64,000 nucleotides of DNA from Candidatus Eiseniibacteriota bacterium (GCA_963717505.1 OY970342.1:1600001-1664000); one strand, 5' to 3'. Shown: positions 49,528 to 60,332, numbered from the stretch's first letter. Program-made: numbers and translations. Notes: generated by a model not told the origin, from the letters alone.

Positions 49528-49876
49528 TCTCGGTGCTGGGTAGCAGGTGGCTCCCCTCAAAACCCCTGGGAGCCCACCGTCGAGTTTCATCGGTCGTGGC
49601 TTCCGTTCTTGAAAGCTGGCAGCGGCTTTGAACGAGCGACGACGGAATCGCTGTCTGTGAAAGAGCAAATACCAATGCGCCGGGCCGCGTCCGACCTGCC
49701 AAGGGCGCGCGACCGGAAGCGGAAAGGGGGGATTCCGACTCTCGAGCCGGCTGCGCGGATGTTTCTGTCGTGAATTGCGACAGTCTCCGGTCGTCAGCCT
49801 ACTGCGAAACCTCGCTCGCAATCCGTACTGGAAGACTTCGCATTGCCCATGCATTGCGACGATGGAGGTACTGAAC

Positions 49877-52800
49877 ATGAGGAAATCGCTCGTGACGCTG
49901 TTGCTCTCTTTGGGAGTAGCCGCGTTTTCGGCGAATTTGGCACTGGCTGCGGTTAACGCCGGTGATACGGACCTGCAGGTCAAACTGCAGAACGCCCGTA
50001 TGGCCAGCGAACTGCAGTCTCGTGCTTCTGCGCTGTCGACGTCGGCTACCGACGTGGACACGAATTACGTCGGTTTTACCCCCGGCAAGTCGGCCTCGAA
50101 CTATTGGTCGATCTGGTCGGGCACGGACAAGTTCCACGATGGTGGTCCATACCACCGGCCGTATGCCCCGGGTAACGGCGGCACGTGGTCTTGGGAATCC
50201 GCAGTGAGTGGCGATTCGCTTCAGGGCTGGACCCCGGTTCGCAACCAGATGAGCGGAACCGGTGGTCTGACGATTCCTGACGCGGGCCGTCCGTGGCGCT
50301 GCTTGGACTACGGCAACGAAGCCAACGCGGTCATTCCGGGTGTCGGTCGCACGCATGGTGTTACGGGCGTGTGGCACGTCGACGCGGGCGACACGCAGGC
50401 GGTTCCGGCGTCGGTCAACGATACGCAGGACGGCCTGAATGGCGCCGGACTGGGTGTCGGTGGTGTCAACTGGACCCCGCTCGTCGGGACGCACTCGGCG
50501 TGGATGGGTCTTCGTCGTCACGGTGACGTCACGCACACCGACCAGACTGTGTTTGGCGGCACCGGCAACGCGTTCAACGAGGACGTGCTGGTCTACAACG
50601 CTCTGGCGGGCTCGGCTTCGCTGGGCGGCACGGACAAGCGCTTCCCTGGCTACGGCGATCAGATGGACCAGCTCCTGTATCGCGACGTGGACGTGACGGG
50701 CACGGGCACCCTGACGGTTGGGTTCTCGTACCGGACGAACATGTCGACGGGCGTGGTGACCAACAACATCACGCGCAGCGGTTGGTTCCAGTGGGATCCG
50801 CTGACGGTCGTAACCGGCGGCGCCAACCCCAACTTCATCGAGAGCACCGCCAACGCGACGCCGCCTGCAGACTCCTTCATGGTGTACGTAGGGGCTCCGG
50901 CGGAGAGCTCGGTCGTCCTGTCGGACGGCTCCTCGCATCCGATCTTCGACAAGAAGCGTCGTTGGGCGGGCGAGGTCATCCGCGGCGCCGAGGGTCTGTA
51001 CACTCAGATCCTGAGCCTGGGTGGCGCCAATGTGACCACCGCGTTCAGTGCGACGGTGAGTGCCACCGAGATCGATCGGATCACGGCATCGCCCACCGCG
51101 GGGGTGTCGAACAAGGTCCGCATCGTCTTCCGCGTCAAGACCAATCAGACGTTCAGCGATGAGAGCGTGAACAACACCGGTTCCTCGTCCGAAGGCGCGG
51201 GCGCTGTCATTGTCGACAACGTCACGGTCGCGAAGGACGGCGGGGCCGCATCGGTCATCGGCGGGTTCGAGGTTCATGGCGACATCAACAACTCGACGGG
51301 CTACGGTCCGTACGGGAACCTCGGTTCGTCCACTCATCCGTTGAACGTGTGGAAGTCCACCGGCAAGCCGACCAAGGTTTACACGCACATCCATCCGCTG
51401 GCGGGCCGCAGCGGCGGCTACATCCCGCTCGTCTACCAGGATCTGTGCGGTCAGCCTGGCAACCCGGCCCGTATCTGCGACATGGACGGGACGGTGGTTT
51501 CGACCGGTAATCATGACAACTTCGAGTCGTCGGGTGGCACGTTCGGCACTGCCGAGCAGGAGCCGTTCGACGGCATGGTCTCGCCGACCATCAGCCTGGT
51601 CGGTCAGGGCTTCACGACCCGCATCATCGGTGGCGTTTCGACGTCGGTGAACAACCAAGGTCTGTCCGCTGCAGATGCGGATGCGACCGAGGACTACTAC
51701 GTCGACTACGAGCTCTACACCGGCCGGTTCAATATCTTCACGACCGGCAGTGCCTGGCGCTTTGGCTTCTTCAGCTACCCGGCCGGCATCTCCGCGGCTC
51801 AGGGTACGCAGTACAAGCGCTGGAGCATGGTGCGGTATCCGGGCTTCATCTACTTCAACCCGGACAAGCAGTGCTTCCGGAACCTCGACGCGGCACTGGG
51901 CAACGGTCTGATCCGTACGACCAATGCCTCGGGCATTCCCGACTCGATCAAGATGTTCGTTGGTCCGCGTCAGGAGGCCTACCGCTTCGGAGTGCCGGTA
52001 TCCGAGAACTTCGACGGCTGCTACTGGGACAACGTCAGCCTCGCGATTGTGGACGGGGCGGGCGCGGATCCCGTGTCGGTCGACATTTGGCAGCTCTACC
52101 AGGACACGTTCCCGTCGAACACCAACGACGGTATCGTGGGCTTTACGGCTGCCTTCGACAGCACCGCCGGCCTCATGAAGAGCGGCATCAACATCGCCCC
52201 GGTCACCGGCAGCACGTCGCGGTTCGACGTGCCGGGTGACACGACGGTGGTCATCGCGGAAGGCGACAACGTCCGCGTGGACCTGGTGTTCCGCATCCTT
52301 CCGGGCCCGGGTAACTACACGAATCCTGGTGCAGCACCGGCCGCCCAGTTGCTGAAGCGAGTGCCCAACGCCGCGACCGCCGTCTCGGGTGGCGTGGTTG
52401 GCTCCGCGAACTTCTGGGAGAATTTCATGGGTGATCGTGGCGCCAAGGGCGCGGGGACGCATCCCTCGCCGCGTTGGAGCCCGCACGTGTGGAATGCGGC
52501 GCGCATGGATACCGCGGAAGTCAACATCTTCCAGCAGCAGAAGCGGATCAATGCGACGCCGGGCAACTCCGGTCTGTTCATGACCTCGTACCACGAAGAC
52601 GAACTCGTGGCTCCGGGAACCCGTCGTGCTCTGTCCGTCCCCCGCAATATCTGCTTCATCTCGGATACGGCGGCGGCGGTTCCGACCACGTCGGTGATCT
52701 GCGGCTCGGGTGCGGTTCCTGTCGGCGCGTCGTATCCGCCGGTGTGGGCCTATGCTCCGGGCACGGGTATCGCGACTGCCGGAACCGGCAATCCGCTGGC

Positions 52801-54379
52801 ATCCGCAACGCAGATTCAAAGCTGCCCGGGACCTGCCGGGTCGGGTCTGTGCCGTACCATCGAAGGCACCAAGATCCTGCCGGACGGCATGTTCACCCCC
52901 GGAACGCACATCGCTTACTTCTTCCGCCGGGAAGATCTGCCTCCGTCAGCGGTCTTCACGTTCAATTGCCCCGACACGAATGTCGTGTCGCCGCAGAACT
53001 CTGAAGGCTCGACGGACGGTCACCGCTGGCAGGAAGTTTCCGTCCTGCCGGACCGTTGGAAGGACGGCGACTACATTCACCCGGTGCTCGGAACTGTGGG
53101 CGGCGGTGAAGCGTGCGTGCTGTTTGTCGACAACAACGACCGCCGCGGCAACGAGCGCGTGTTCATTGGACTCGCCGACTCGCTCGGCATGAACAGCGCC
53201 GCGAAGCGCGGTGGCAGCAACGGTTGGAGCGCGGCTGGTGACGCTGACGTCAACGATCCGACGTACTTCGTCCGCCGTCATGTCGGCCAGGCCGGCACGA
53301 CGTTCGACAAGTACGACATCAAGGCGTCCGAGTCGCTGACCACCAACACCGGCAGCATCGGCAGCCGTGTTGCGTTCTCCAACCCGACGAACACCCAGAT
53401 CGACGGTCAGAAGTCCCTGCAGGGACCGTCGCCGACCATGCTGACGACCTTCTACAAGGTCCTCGTCACGCTGACCGGTGACCTGAACTCGAGCATCTGG
53501 GGTCCGTTCAACAACAAGAGCTCAAATGACGCCGGCATCATGACCAGCTTCGCGACCAGCGGCGATCCTACCGATCCCAATCGTGGCTTCTACACGACGG
53601 GTGACGGCTGGAACGAAGCGGCCACGGGGCCTGCGTATGCCTTCATCACCTCGATTCTCGGCGCCGATCTGATCAACGTGAGCTACCTGGCGAACTCGGG
53701 TAACACGGCGTTCAGCGCGGACATCCTCCCGACCGCGGCTCTGCCGTCAGCGACGGGCGACATTTACGGTCTCCGTAATGCTTGCACGTTCACGCTCGAC
53801 GTCCAGATCCCGGTGTTGGCCGAAGCCACCGAGTCCTCGTTCTACGAGGATCCGTTCGGCAACGGTCCGCATCCGTCGGGCATTCTGAAGACGCACACCG
53901 CGCTCAACCCGTGGATGGCGCTTTCGGACGGATGGGACATCGAGGTTCTGCGTGCGCGGGACGAGATTTCGTCTCGTGGACGTCTGACCTACTACTACAA
54001 GGCGTTCCAGGATGCGTTCGGGACGATCGCCGGCTGCAACATCGTCGGCGCGCCGATCTCGACCACCGACACGCCGAACAACGGTAGTGGGCGGCTCTAC
54101 AACTTCATGAGCCTCCGCAACAACCCGCTGCGTACGGGTTCTGCGACCTTCGCGATCGGTCTCGCCAAGAGCGATCGCGTCAAGATCCAGATCTTCGACG
54201 TCGCTGGGCGTCTGGTTCGTGACCTCGCCGACCGCAACTTCGTGGCGGGCGAGCACTCACTGACCTGGGACGGTGTCGACAATGCGGGCAAGCAGGTCGC
54301 TCGCGGCGTCTACTTCGCGCGGCTGGAGTACGCGGCCCAGAAGTTCACGAGCAAGGGTAAGCTCGTCGTCCTGAAGTAG
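49877..54379 (+). CDS. 1500-aa secreted protein with C-terminal FlgD-Ig/CTD-like domain (candidate major surface protein)
   Basis: GGAGG RBS; signal peptide MRKSLVTLLL..ALA; NNPL...IFDVAGRLVRDL...WDG....GKQVARGVYF...KLVVLK terminus. Confidence 0.85.
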   Translation: MRKSLVTLLLSLGVAAFSANLALAAVNAGDTDLQVKLQNARMASELQSRASALSTSATDVDTNYVGFTPGKSASNYWSIWSGTDKFHDGGPYHRPYAPGNGGTWSWESAVSGDSLQGWTPVRNQMSGTGGLTIPDAGRPWRCLDYGNEANAVIPGVGRTHGVTGVWHVDAGDTQAVPASVNDTQDGLNGAGLGVGGVNWTPLVGTHSAWMGLRRHGDVTHTDQTVFGGTGNAFNEDVLVYNALAGSASLGGTDKRFPGYGDQMDQLLYRDVDVTGTGTLTVGFSYRTNMSTGVVTNNITRSGWFQWDPLTVVTGGANPNFIESTANATPPADSFMVYVGAPAESSVVLSDGSSHPIFDKKRRWAGEVIRGAEGLYTQILSLGGANVTTAFSATVSATEIDRITASPTAGVSNKVRIVFRVKTNQTFSDESVNNTGSSSEGAGAVIVDNVTVAKDGGAASVIGGFEVHGDINNSTGYGPYGNLGSSTHPLNVWKSTGKPTKVYTHIHPLAGRSGGYIPLVYQDLCGQPGNPARICDMDGTVVSTGNHDNFESSGGTFGTAEQEPFDGMVSPTISLVGQGFTTRIIGGVSTSVNNQGLSAADADATEDYYVDYELYTGRFNIFTTGSAWRFGFFSYPAGISAAQGTQYKRWSMVRYPGFIYFNPDKQCFRNLDAALGNGLIRTTNASGIPDSIKMFVGPRQEAYRFGVPVSENFDGCYWDNVSLAIVDGAGADPVSVDIWQLYQDTFPSNTNDGIVGFTAAFDSTAGLMKSGINIAPVTGSTSRFDVPGDTTVVIAEGDNVRVDLVFRILPGPGNYTNPGAAPAAQLLKRVPNAATAVSGGVVGSANFWENFMGDRGAKGAGTHPSPRWSPHVWNAARMDTAEVNIFQQQKRINATPGNSGLFMTSYHEDELVAPGTRRALSVPRNICFISDTAAAVPTTSVICGSGAVPVGASYPPVWAYAPGTGIATAGTGNPLASATQIQSCPGPAGSGLCRTIEGTKILPDGMFTPGTHIAYFFRREDLPPSAVFTFNCPDTNVVSPQNSEGSTDGHRWQEVSVLPDRWKDGDYIHPVLGTVGGGEACVLFVDNNDRRGNERVFIGLADSLGMNSAAKRGGSNGWSAAGDADVNDPTYFVRRHVGQAGTTFDKYDIKASESLTTNTGSIGSRVAFSNPTNTQIDGQKSLQGPSPTMLTTFYKVLVTLTGDLNSSIWGPFNNKSSNDAGIMTSFATSGDPTDPNRGFYTTGDGWNEAATGPAYAFITSILGADLINVSYLANSGNTAFSADILPTAALPSATGDIYGLRNACTFTLDVQIPVLAEATESSFYEDPFGNGPHPSGILKTHTALNPWMALSDGWDIEVLRARDEISSRGRLTYYYKAFQDAFGTIAGCNIVGAPISTTDTPNNGSGRLYNFMSLRNNPLRTGSATFAIGLAKSDRVKIQIFDVAGRLVRDLADRNFVAGEHSLTWDGVDNAGKQVARGVYFARLEYAAQKFTSKGKLVVLK

Positions 54380-54401
54380 CGGAGTCTGAAGTCGATACAC
54401 C

Positions 54402-54443
54402 GCCGGGGGGCGGGGCGAAAGCTCCGCCCCCCGGTGCTTGTTT
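54402..54443 (+). terminator. Rho-independent terminator
   Basis: GCCGGGGGGCGGGGC-GAAA-GCTCCGCCCCCCGGT followed by GCTTGTTT. Confidence 0.8.
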
Positions 54444-54597
54444 GGCCTCCTGGCCCTCCCGTGGCCGGCCCCCCGGGCGGCCCGGCCCCAACGCCGGGTC
54501 AAGTTTTCAGCCCCGAGAGCCGATCGCCTGGGGAGAGGGACACCATCCTCCAGGCCCACCGGGTGGCTGCGGAGCGCCCCCGGACCGTTGCAGGCTC

Positions 54598-54626
54598 TTG
54601 ACGCCTCCGGGGTCGGCTGCTAGGTT
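54598..54626 (+). promoter_or_regulatory. Putative sigma70-type promoter
   Basis: TTGACG-N17-TAGGTT with TGC extension. Confidence 0.55.
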
Positions 54627-54675
54627 TCACGCACTTTCCCCTGACCAATTGACTGGGCGTGCTGGAGGGGCGTGA

Positions 54676-56712
54676 ATGCGCTTTCGTTCCGGTCTGCTTT
54701 TGCTTTTCCTGATCACGATGGTTGGTGTCGGGTGTCGAAAACCCCTCACCCCGAACGTCGACACCAATCAGGCTCCAGAAACCTGGATCACCCAGGCCCC
54801 CCAAGACACGATTACCTATCGCGACCCGGATTCGGGAGACCCGAGGGTTACTGAGATCGGGACGATTCCCGTTCGCTTCCACATGTATTGGGCGGGATCC
54901 GATCGGGATGGTGCGATCACGGGCTTCTACTGGGCCGTGGTCGAGACCCTCGATGTTCCGCCGCCCGGGCTGCCGTTGCCGCCGCTGCCGGGGCCCAAGC
55001 CGCGGGACTACCGGTACACCAGCAAGACCGACAGCGTGTTCGTGTTCAACGTGTCGCAGGAGCGGACCAGCCGGGCGCATGCGTTCTTCATCTACGCTGT
55101 CGACGACAAGGGCAAGCCCGACGCCACTCCGGCGCGGTTCATCTTCAGCGCGCTCGATCGCTTTCCGCCCGACATCTACATCTACGAGGCCTATGGCCAG
55201 GGGCCGATCTACCGGTGGGACAAGGTCCTGCGCCGCGTGACCACCAAGGACACGCTGATCTTCATCCGCGACTCACTGACCCTGGAGGGGCTCGGAGTGC
55301 CGCCCAAGGACACCGTGACCGCGGCCGCGAACCTGGTCTTCAGGTGGCGGACCGAGCTTTCCGCACCCGGTTCCAGCGTCACCGGGTTCCGGTACAAGCT
55401 GGATGAGTCGGTGTTCCAGGACCTGCCCCCGGAGTCCGCGCAGAAGGTCTATCCGATCGGGGCGGTCGCGGCGGGCACCAAAATCTTCTCGCTGCGGGCG
55501 CTCGACGAGGCGTCCGGCGCCAGCAACCGAAACCGGCGATTCCAGATGAACATGCGTCCCGACAGCTGGTTTGCCGGCCCGGATCCCAGTCGATTCCCCC
55601 TCATCGGGCGTGATCGCTACATCGATATTCCGAGCTGGTCCGATGCGGCGTTGCGCGCGACCCCCGAGTTGGCCGGGACCATGATGAGTTCCGACTCGCT
55701 GGTCCGGCTACCGGCCGAGCGCAGCACGCGCGAGACGTTTTACGAGATCTATCGAGATCGCCTCTACATCCGCTCCGAAGGCGATACCGTGCACATGAAC
55801 TCGTGGGTGCTGTTCCACGGGGGCGGTGTGGACCTCGATTCGCCCTACAGCGTCAAGGTCGGCGCGAACGACCCCGACCTGGCGAACGACACGGCCTTCG
55901 TCACCGAACCACCCCTGGTCGTGCGCCCGTCGGGGCCGAACGGATCCCCGATCGGGATGCAATTCGGCTATACCCTCGAGCAGACGCCGCTCGGGTCCCT
56001 GTCGGTCCAGCCGCGCGGCATCTCGATTCCGGTGTTCGATCCGGCCGACGTGCAGCGCGGCGAGAACCCCGCCGTCGGCGCCTACATTGCGGCCCGCACC
56101 GGTGGCAAGATGTACTTCACCGTCAACTCCGTCGACGGAAACAACGGCGCCGACCGTCGGGTGAGCACCGATCCGCGCAGCACCTACAACACGCGGCCGG
56201 AACTGCGAAATCTGATCGTGTTGTTCTACGTCAACAAGGATCCGTTCTTGTTGATCGACCAGCCGGGGTTCGTGCCGCGCCCCGACACCACGTTCTTCAC
56301 CCGCTTGAACCTGCGCTTCAACCTCCCGGCGGGCGACGTCGATCCCTACGACTTCGCCAATCCGCCGTCGCGGGTCGGCGGCCCCTCGAGCAGCACCGTG
56401 CTGCGCTGGACGCTGACCCTCAAGGGCAAGAGCACCTGGACCGGAGCGGATACCACGATCGCGCCGCCCGGTGGCTACCAGTTCAGCGCCCCGCAGATCA
56501 CGGTCACGGTTCCGAACGACATCCGTGGCCCCGAGGTGGAGGCGATCGTCGAGCTGTGCGACTGCAAAGATTGCGAGATTACCAACGGCGGACGTTGCAT
56601 CAGGAGATCGATCCCGTTCAACGTGCCGGCGATCCCGGCTCCGACGCGGGCCGCCGCAACTTCCAACGACCGACCGGGCCAGGATCCAGACAACCAGAGG
56701 AGGAGTCCATGA
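54676..56712 (+). CDS. Large lipoprotein with Ig/FN3-like modules
   Basis: Lipobox VGVGC; NQAPETWITQAP, WAGSDRDGAITGF, FFIYAVDDKG..DATPA. Confidence 0.8.
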   Translation: MRFRSGLLLLFLITMVGVGCRKPLTPNVDTNQAPETWITQAPQDTITYRDPDSGDPRVTEIGTIPVRFHMYWAGSDRDGAITGFYWAVVETLDVPPPGLPLPPLPGPKPRDYRYTSKTDSVFVFNVSQERTSRAHAFFIYAVDDKGKPDATPARFIFSALDRFPPDIYIYEAYGQGPIYRWDKVLRRVTTKDTLIFIRDSLTLEGLGVPPKDTVTAAANLVFRWRTELSAPGSSVTGFRYKLDESVFQDLPPESAQKVYPIGAVAAGTKIFSLRALDEASGASNRNRRFQMNMRPDSWFAGPDPSRFPLIGRDRYIDIPSWSDAALRATPELAGTMMSSDSLVRLPAERSTRETFYEIYRDRLYIRSEGDTVHMNSWVLFHGGGVDLDSPYSVKVGANDPDLANDTAFVTEPPLVVRPSGPNGSPIGMQFGYTLEQTPLGSLSVQPRGISIPVFDPADVQRGENPAVGAYIAARTGGKMYFTVNSVDGNNGADRRVSTDPRSTYNTRPELRNLIVLFYVNKDPFLLIDQPGFVPRPDTTFFTRLNLRFNLPAGDVDPYDFANPPSRVGGPSSSTVLRWTLTLKGKSTWTGADTTIAPPGGYQFSAPQITVTVPNDIRGPEVEAIVELCDCKDCEITNGGRCIRRSIPFNVPAIPAPTRAAATSNDRPGQDPDNQRRSP

Positions 56713-59172
56713 ACGGTCCAGGTTCTCTGTTCAGACTGCTCCGGATACCGGCGGCGGTGGCCGCGGTCGTCGCCCTGTTTGGCTGCGAATCGGCCATCAA
56801 AGGGGTTCTGACCAACCGGCTTCCGGAAGTGCGGCTGACCGCCGCACCCATCGATACCACCGGCAGGTACTACTACTCGATCACCTTGAACTGGGTGGGT
56901 TTCGACCCCGACGGGCGGGTCGAGCACTACATCTACACCGTGGATCCACACCTGCTGACGGCGGGGCAGGACACGGTCTGGCAGCAGACGACCGCAAACG
57001 AGTTGCGCATGTCGTTCGATTCGACCATCCCGTTGCGCGAACAACCCAGCAATCGAATGCTGGGCTCCGATTACCATACGTTCCTCATCCGTGCGGTGGA
57101 CAACCAGGGCGAGGTCGGCCCCTATTCGGCGCGCGCGTTCAACTCGTACACGGTGGCGCCCGAGGTTTTTCTGATCGCGCCGCCACCTTCGAGTTTTCAG
57201 TTCATGGTGACTCCGGCGGTGCGGATTTCGTGGCGTGGCGAGGACCCCGACGGCGTGTTCACCCAGAAGCCGGTCAAGTACAAGTACATCCTGCTGACCG
57301 CGTCTTCGCTCTTTCCCTGGGACGTGGCGTGGGCCAAACCGGATTCGTTGCGCCGATTCTATGAGAATCACCCGGACGGACCCTGGGCGGGCTGGGATTC
57401 GACCAGCGCCGAGACGACGATGGCGCGCTACACGAGTCTGACCCCCAACACCGATGCCGTGTTCTGCGTCATTGGCTTCGACGAAGCCGGGGCCTACAAC
57501 CCGCTGTTCTCGTTCCAGACCAACATGACGCATCTCAGGATCGGCTTCGCCGGGGCGAGCGGCCCCAAGATCGGGATGTTCAACGAGTCCTTCAACTACG
57601 AATACACGCTGGGAGGGATCTGCAACGACGCCGACCGATGCCAGGTCGTGCTCGAGGTTCCCGCCGGCCGCAGGGTGACCATCAACTGGTACGCCATACC
57701 CCCGTCCGGCTCGGACATCGAGAGCTACCGGTGGGGGCTCGACATCGAGGACCTGTTCGACTACGTGACCCCGCGCAATCCCGAGACGACCGACTTGAAA
57801 CACTGGAGCACGCCGAGCGCCAGCGTGACCCAGGCCACCGTCGGACCGTTCGCGGGCGGCGAGATCCACTTCTTCTACATCCTGGCCGAGGACAACAACA
57901 CGCTCAAGAGCATGGGAACCATTCGACTCGAGGTGGTGGCGCCGACCTTCAATCGGCCACTGCTGGTGATCGACGACACCCGACTCAAACCCACCGTCTA
58001 TCGGTCCTCGCGGGACACGTGCCCGATATCGCCCTCCGGGCCATGGCCGAACCGCGCCGAGATGGATTCGTTCATGTTCGCCCGCGGCGGCAAGTGGTGG
58101 AAGTGCCAGGGTCGGATGTCGAATCAGGGGTTGTTCGGCGCCTACGACTACGACACGTTCGGCACGCGGATCAACAAGGAAGTGCTGACCGTCAAGCTGT
58201 CGCTTCTGGCCAAGTACCGCCACGTCGTGTGGATGGTCGACGGCCCGGGTGCCGGCAACGACAAGCCCGGCACCGATCCGGTCGATCCGGGCGTCGCGCT
58301 GCGTTACATGGGCGGGCGGGGACGGGTGAACACGCTGGCGACCTACGTCCGTCAGGGTGGCAAGATCTGGCTGAACGGCGGTGGCGCGGCCTATGCGGTC
58401 ACCGATCCGTGGAACGATCGCAACAACGACGCCGGGAGCAAGAAGTACTCCTCGGTCGACGGCCGCAACGAGCTGGGTCCCGGCCGATTCATGTTCGACG
58501 TGGCCAAGTGGCAGTCTTCGTTCCAGATCAGCAAGCCGGTCGCGAGCATCCAGCGCGAGCTGGGGCGCTTCCGGGGACCGCCGCCGCTCAAGTACGGCGA
58601 GTTGCCGCTGGCGATGGAGGTCAAGGATGCGGCGAGCGACCCGGTCGCCATCGAGGCGCCCGATCGTTTCAACATCTACAGCAGTACCGTGGACATCGAG
58701 TACCTGAGGCAGGACGCGAACTTACATCATCGAGGACATCGACCCGGGCGTGATCGAGAATCTGCAGTCGACGCTCGACACGCTCTACCGGGTGCAGGCG
58801 TCCACGCTCAACAATCCGCCGGAACGCAGCAACCCTTATCTTCCCGGGATGCCCACGTACGTGATCATGACGCACTACCATGGACCGCCTCCCGACAACG
58901 TCTCGGTGACGCACACCGGTTTCCCGCTGTGGTGGCCGAAGCGCGTCCAGGGGCAGGCACTGGTCGACTACGTCCTGGGCACGCTCTGGGGTGGAGCGGC
59001 CGTCGGACTGGACAGGCGACCGTGGCCCGGGAACGCTCCGAGTACCACCATGCTGCGGGCGACGTCGGTGGCTCCCGGCGACCGTGCGACGAGCGTCGCA
59101 CGACCCGTCCCCGGTCGCGGGGCGGCGGTTGGCGTCAGCCGCCCGAGTTCGGCGCGGGTGCCGCGGGACTGA
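56709..59172 (+). pseudogene. Large lipoprotein related to 54676..56712, split by a +1 frameshift at 58722 (pseudogene or sequence error); about 820 aa if repaired
   Basis: GGAG RBS; lipobox LFGC; NRLPEVRLTAAP, WVGFDPDG; ...GCG AAC T TAC ATC ATC GAG... joins the 58750..59172 frame. Confidence 0.7.
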
Positions 59173-59173
59173 C

Positions 59174-60313
59174 ATGACCCGAGCGACTCGATTCCGCCGA
59201 ATCCTGATTCCGGCCCTGGCCCTCGCGGCCTGGGCCGGGATCCTGAGTGTGGCGTGGGCGCCCGAGGCGCGTGCCCAGATCGGACACACGCCCGGATGTG
59301 ACTTCAACTATGCCGCTCGGGGAGAGGTGCGGCCGAACTTCCCCGCGATTCCCATTTGCGCGTTCGTCGGCGCCTACCAGGACAGCTCATTGATCATTCC
59401 GCAGGCCTGCTCGGGCCAGTTCGCGGGGCCGTTGGCCGACAGCGTTCGCCTCGATTCTCGGACGATCACCGTGCGGTTCCTGCGCGATCGCCGTGCCGAG
59501 TCCCGAAAGGACTTTGGTGGGTATCGCATCTATCGAATGACCAACCAGCCGGATTCGAATCGGGCAGTGCTCCTGCGCCGCTTCTCGCGCCAGGACAACG
59601 ACAATCTCCTCTGGCACTTCTCGCGGGTCGACACCTCCAACGAGGTCACGAACCCGAACTTCCTCTGCAACGGCACGGTGATCAACGACAGCGTGGTCAC
59701 CTTCGTCGACCCCGATTCGAGCGGGTCGTTCGTCAAGGTGTGCCGGATCGTCGATCATCTCGATCGCTGCCTGTCACTCGGCGATTCGGTGTTCAAGCTG
59801 GTGACGCCGCCGGGCCCGCACGACGGCTTCCGGACCTGGTATTCGGTGACCTACGAGCTGAAGAACACGACTCTGGATGGTCCCTACGACGAAATGTTCG
59901 TGCCCGACACCCTGGACAACTTCGCCCGCTGCACCGCCCCGGTGCGGGACAGCTGCCCGAATCTGAACAGCAAGCTCAGCAACATGACCGCCGAGCCGGT
60001 CGAAGCGACCACCGGTCCCGAATCGAACCTCGAGCAGGTGGTCGTGGTCCCGAATCCATTCCGCGCGCGCGAAGCCTGGGATGGAACGTCGAACGAGGTG
60101 CACTTCACCAAGCTTCCGGCGCGCGCCACGATCAGGATCTACACGGTCGCCGGCGATCTGGTCGCCGAGCTCCTGCACGACGACTCGATTCGCGACTTCG
60201 AGCCCTGGAACCTCCGGAACCAGCAAGGGGAGGACGTGGCCTCCGGGATCTACATGTTCCGCGTCGAGTCCGACGCGTTCACGTTCCAGCATCGGTTCGT
60301 GGTCATCCGCTAG
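59174..60313 (+). CDS. Secreted protein with C-terminal VVPNP-type CTD-like domain
   Basis: Signal peptide ARA; DFGGYRIYR; VVVVPNPF...FTKLP..ATIRIYTVAGDLV...WNLRN..GEDVASGIY...FVVIR. Confidence 0.82.
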   Translation: MTRATRFRRILIPALALAAWAGILSVAWAPEARAQIGHTPGCDFNYAARGEVRPNFPAIPICAFVGAYQDSSLIIPQACSGQFAGPLADSVRLDSRTITVRFLRDRRAESRKDFGGYRIYRMTNQPDSNRAVLLRRFSRQDNDNLLWHFSRVDTSNEVTNPNFLCNGTVINDSVVTFVDPDSSGSFVKVCRIVDHLDRCLSLGDSVFKLVTPPGPHDGFRTWYSVTYELKNTTLDGPYDEMFVPDTLDNFARCTAPVRDSCPNLNSKLSNMTAEPVEATTGPESNLEQVVVVPNPFRAREAWDGTSNEVHFTKLPARATIRIYTVAGDLVAELLHDDSIRDFEPWNLRNQQGEDVASGIYMFRVESDAFTFQHRFVVIR

Positions 60314-60332
60314 GCGGGAGAGCAGGCCCACC

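Noticed and set aside
49530-49876. Known riboswitch (cobalamin or c-di-GMP) in the long leader
   Set aside because: Only isolated fragments such as GACCTGCC and GGAAG are present; the ordered consensus could not be matched by eye.
49799-52909. 1036-aa antisense ORF (similar ones at 25386..27521, 15952..18033, 5515..7380 and 56475..58223)
   Set aside because: Shadow ORFs of high-GC genes: no motifs, and they fully overlap well-supported genes on the opposite strand.
55803-56708. N-terminal extension of the 1124-aa ORF
   Set aside because: It overlaps the real 54676..56712 gene and is Arg-rich noise; the RBS and lipoprotein signal begin at 56709.
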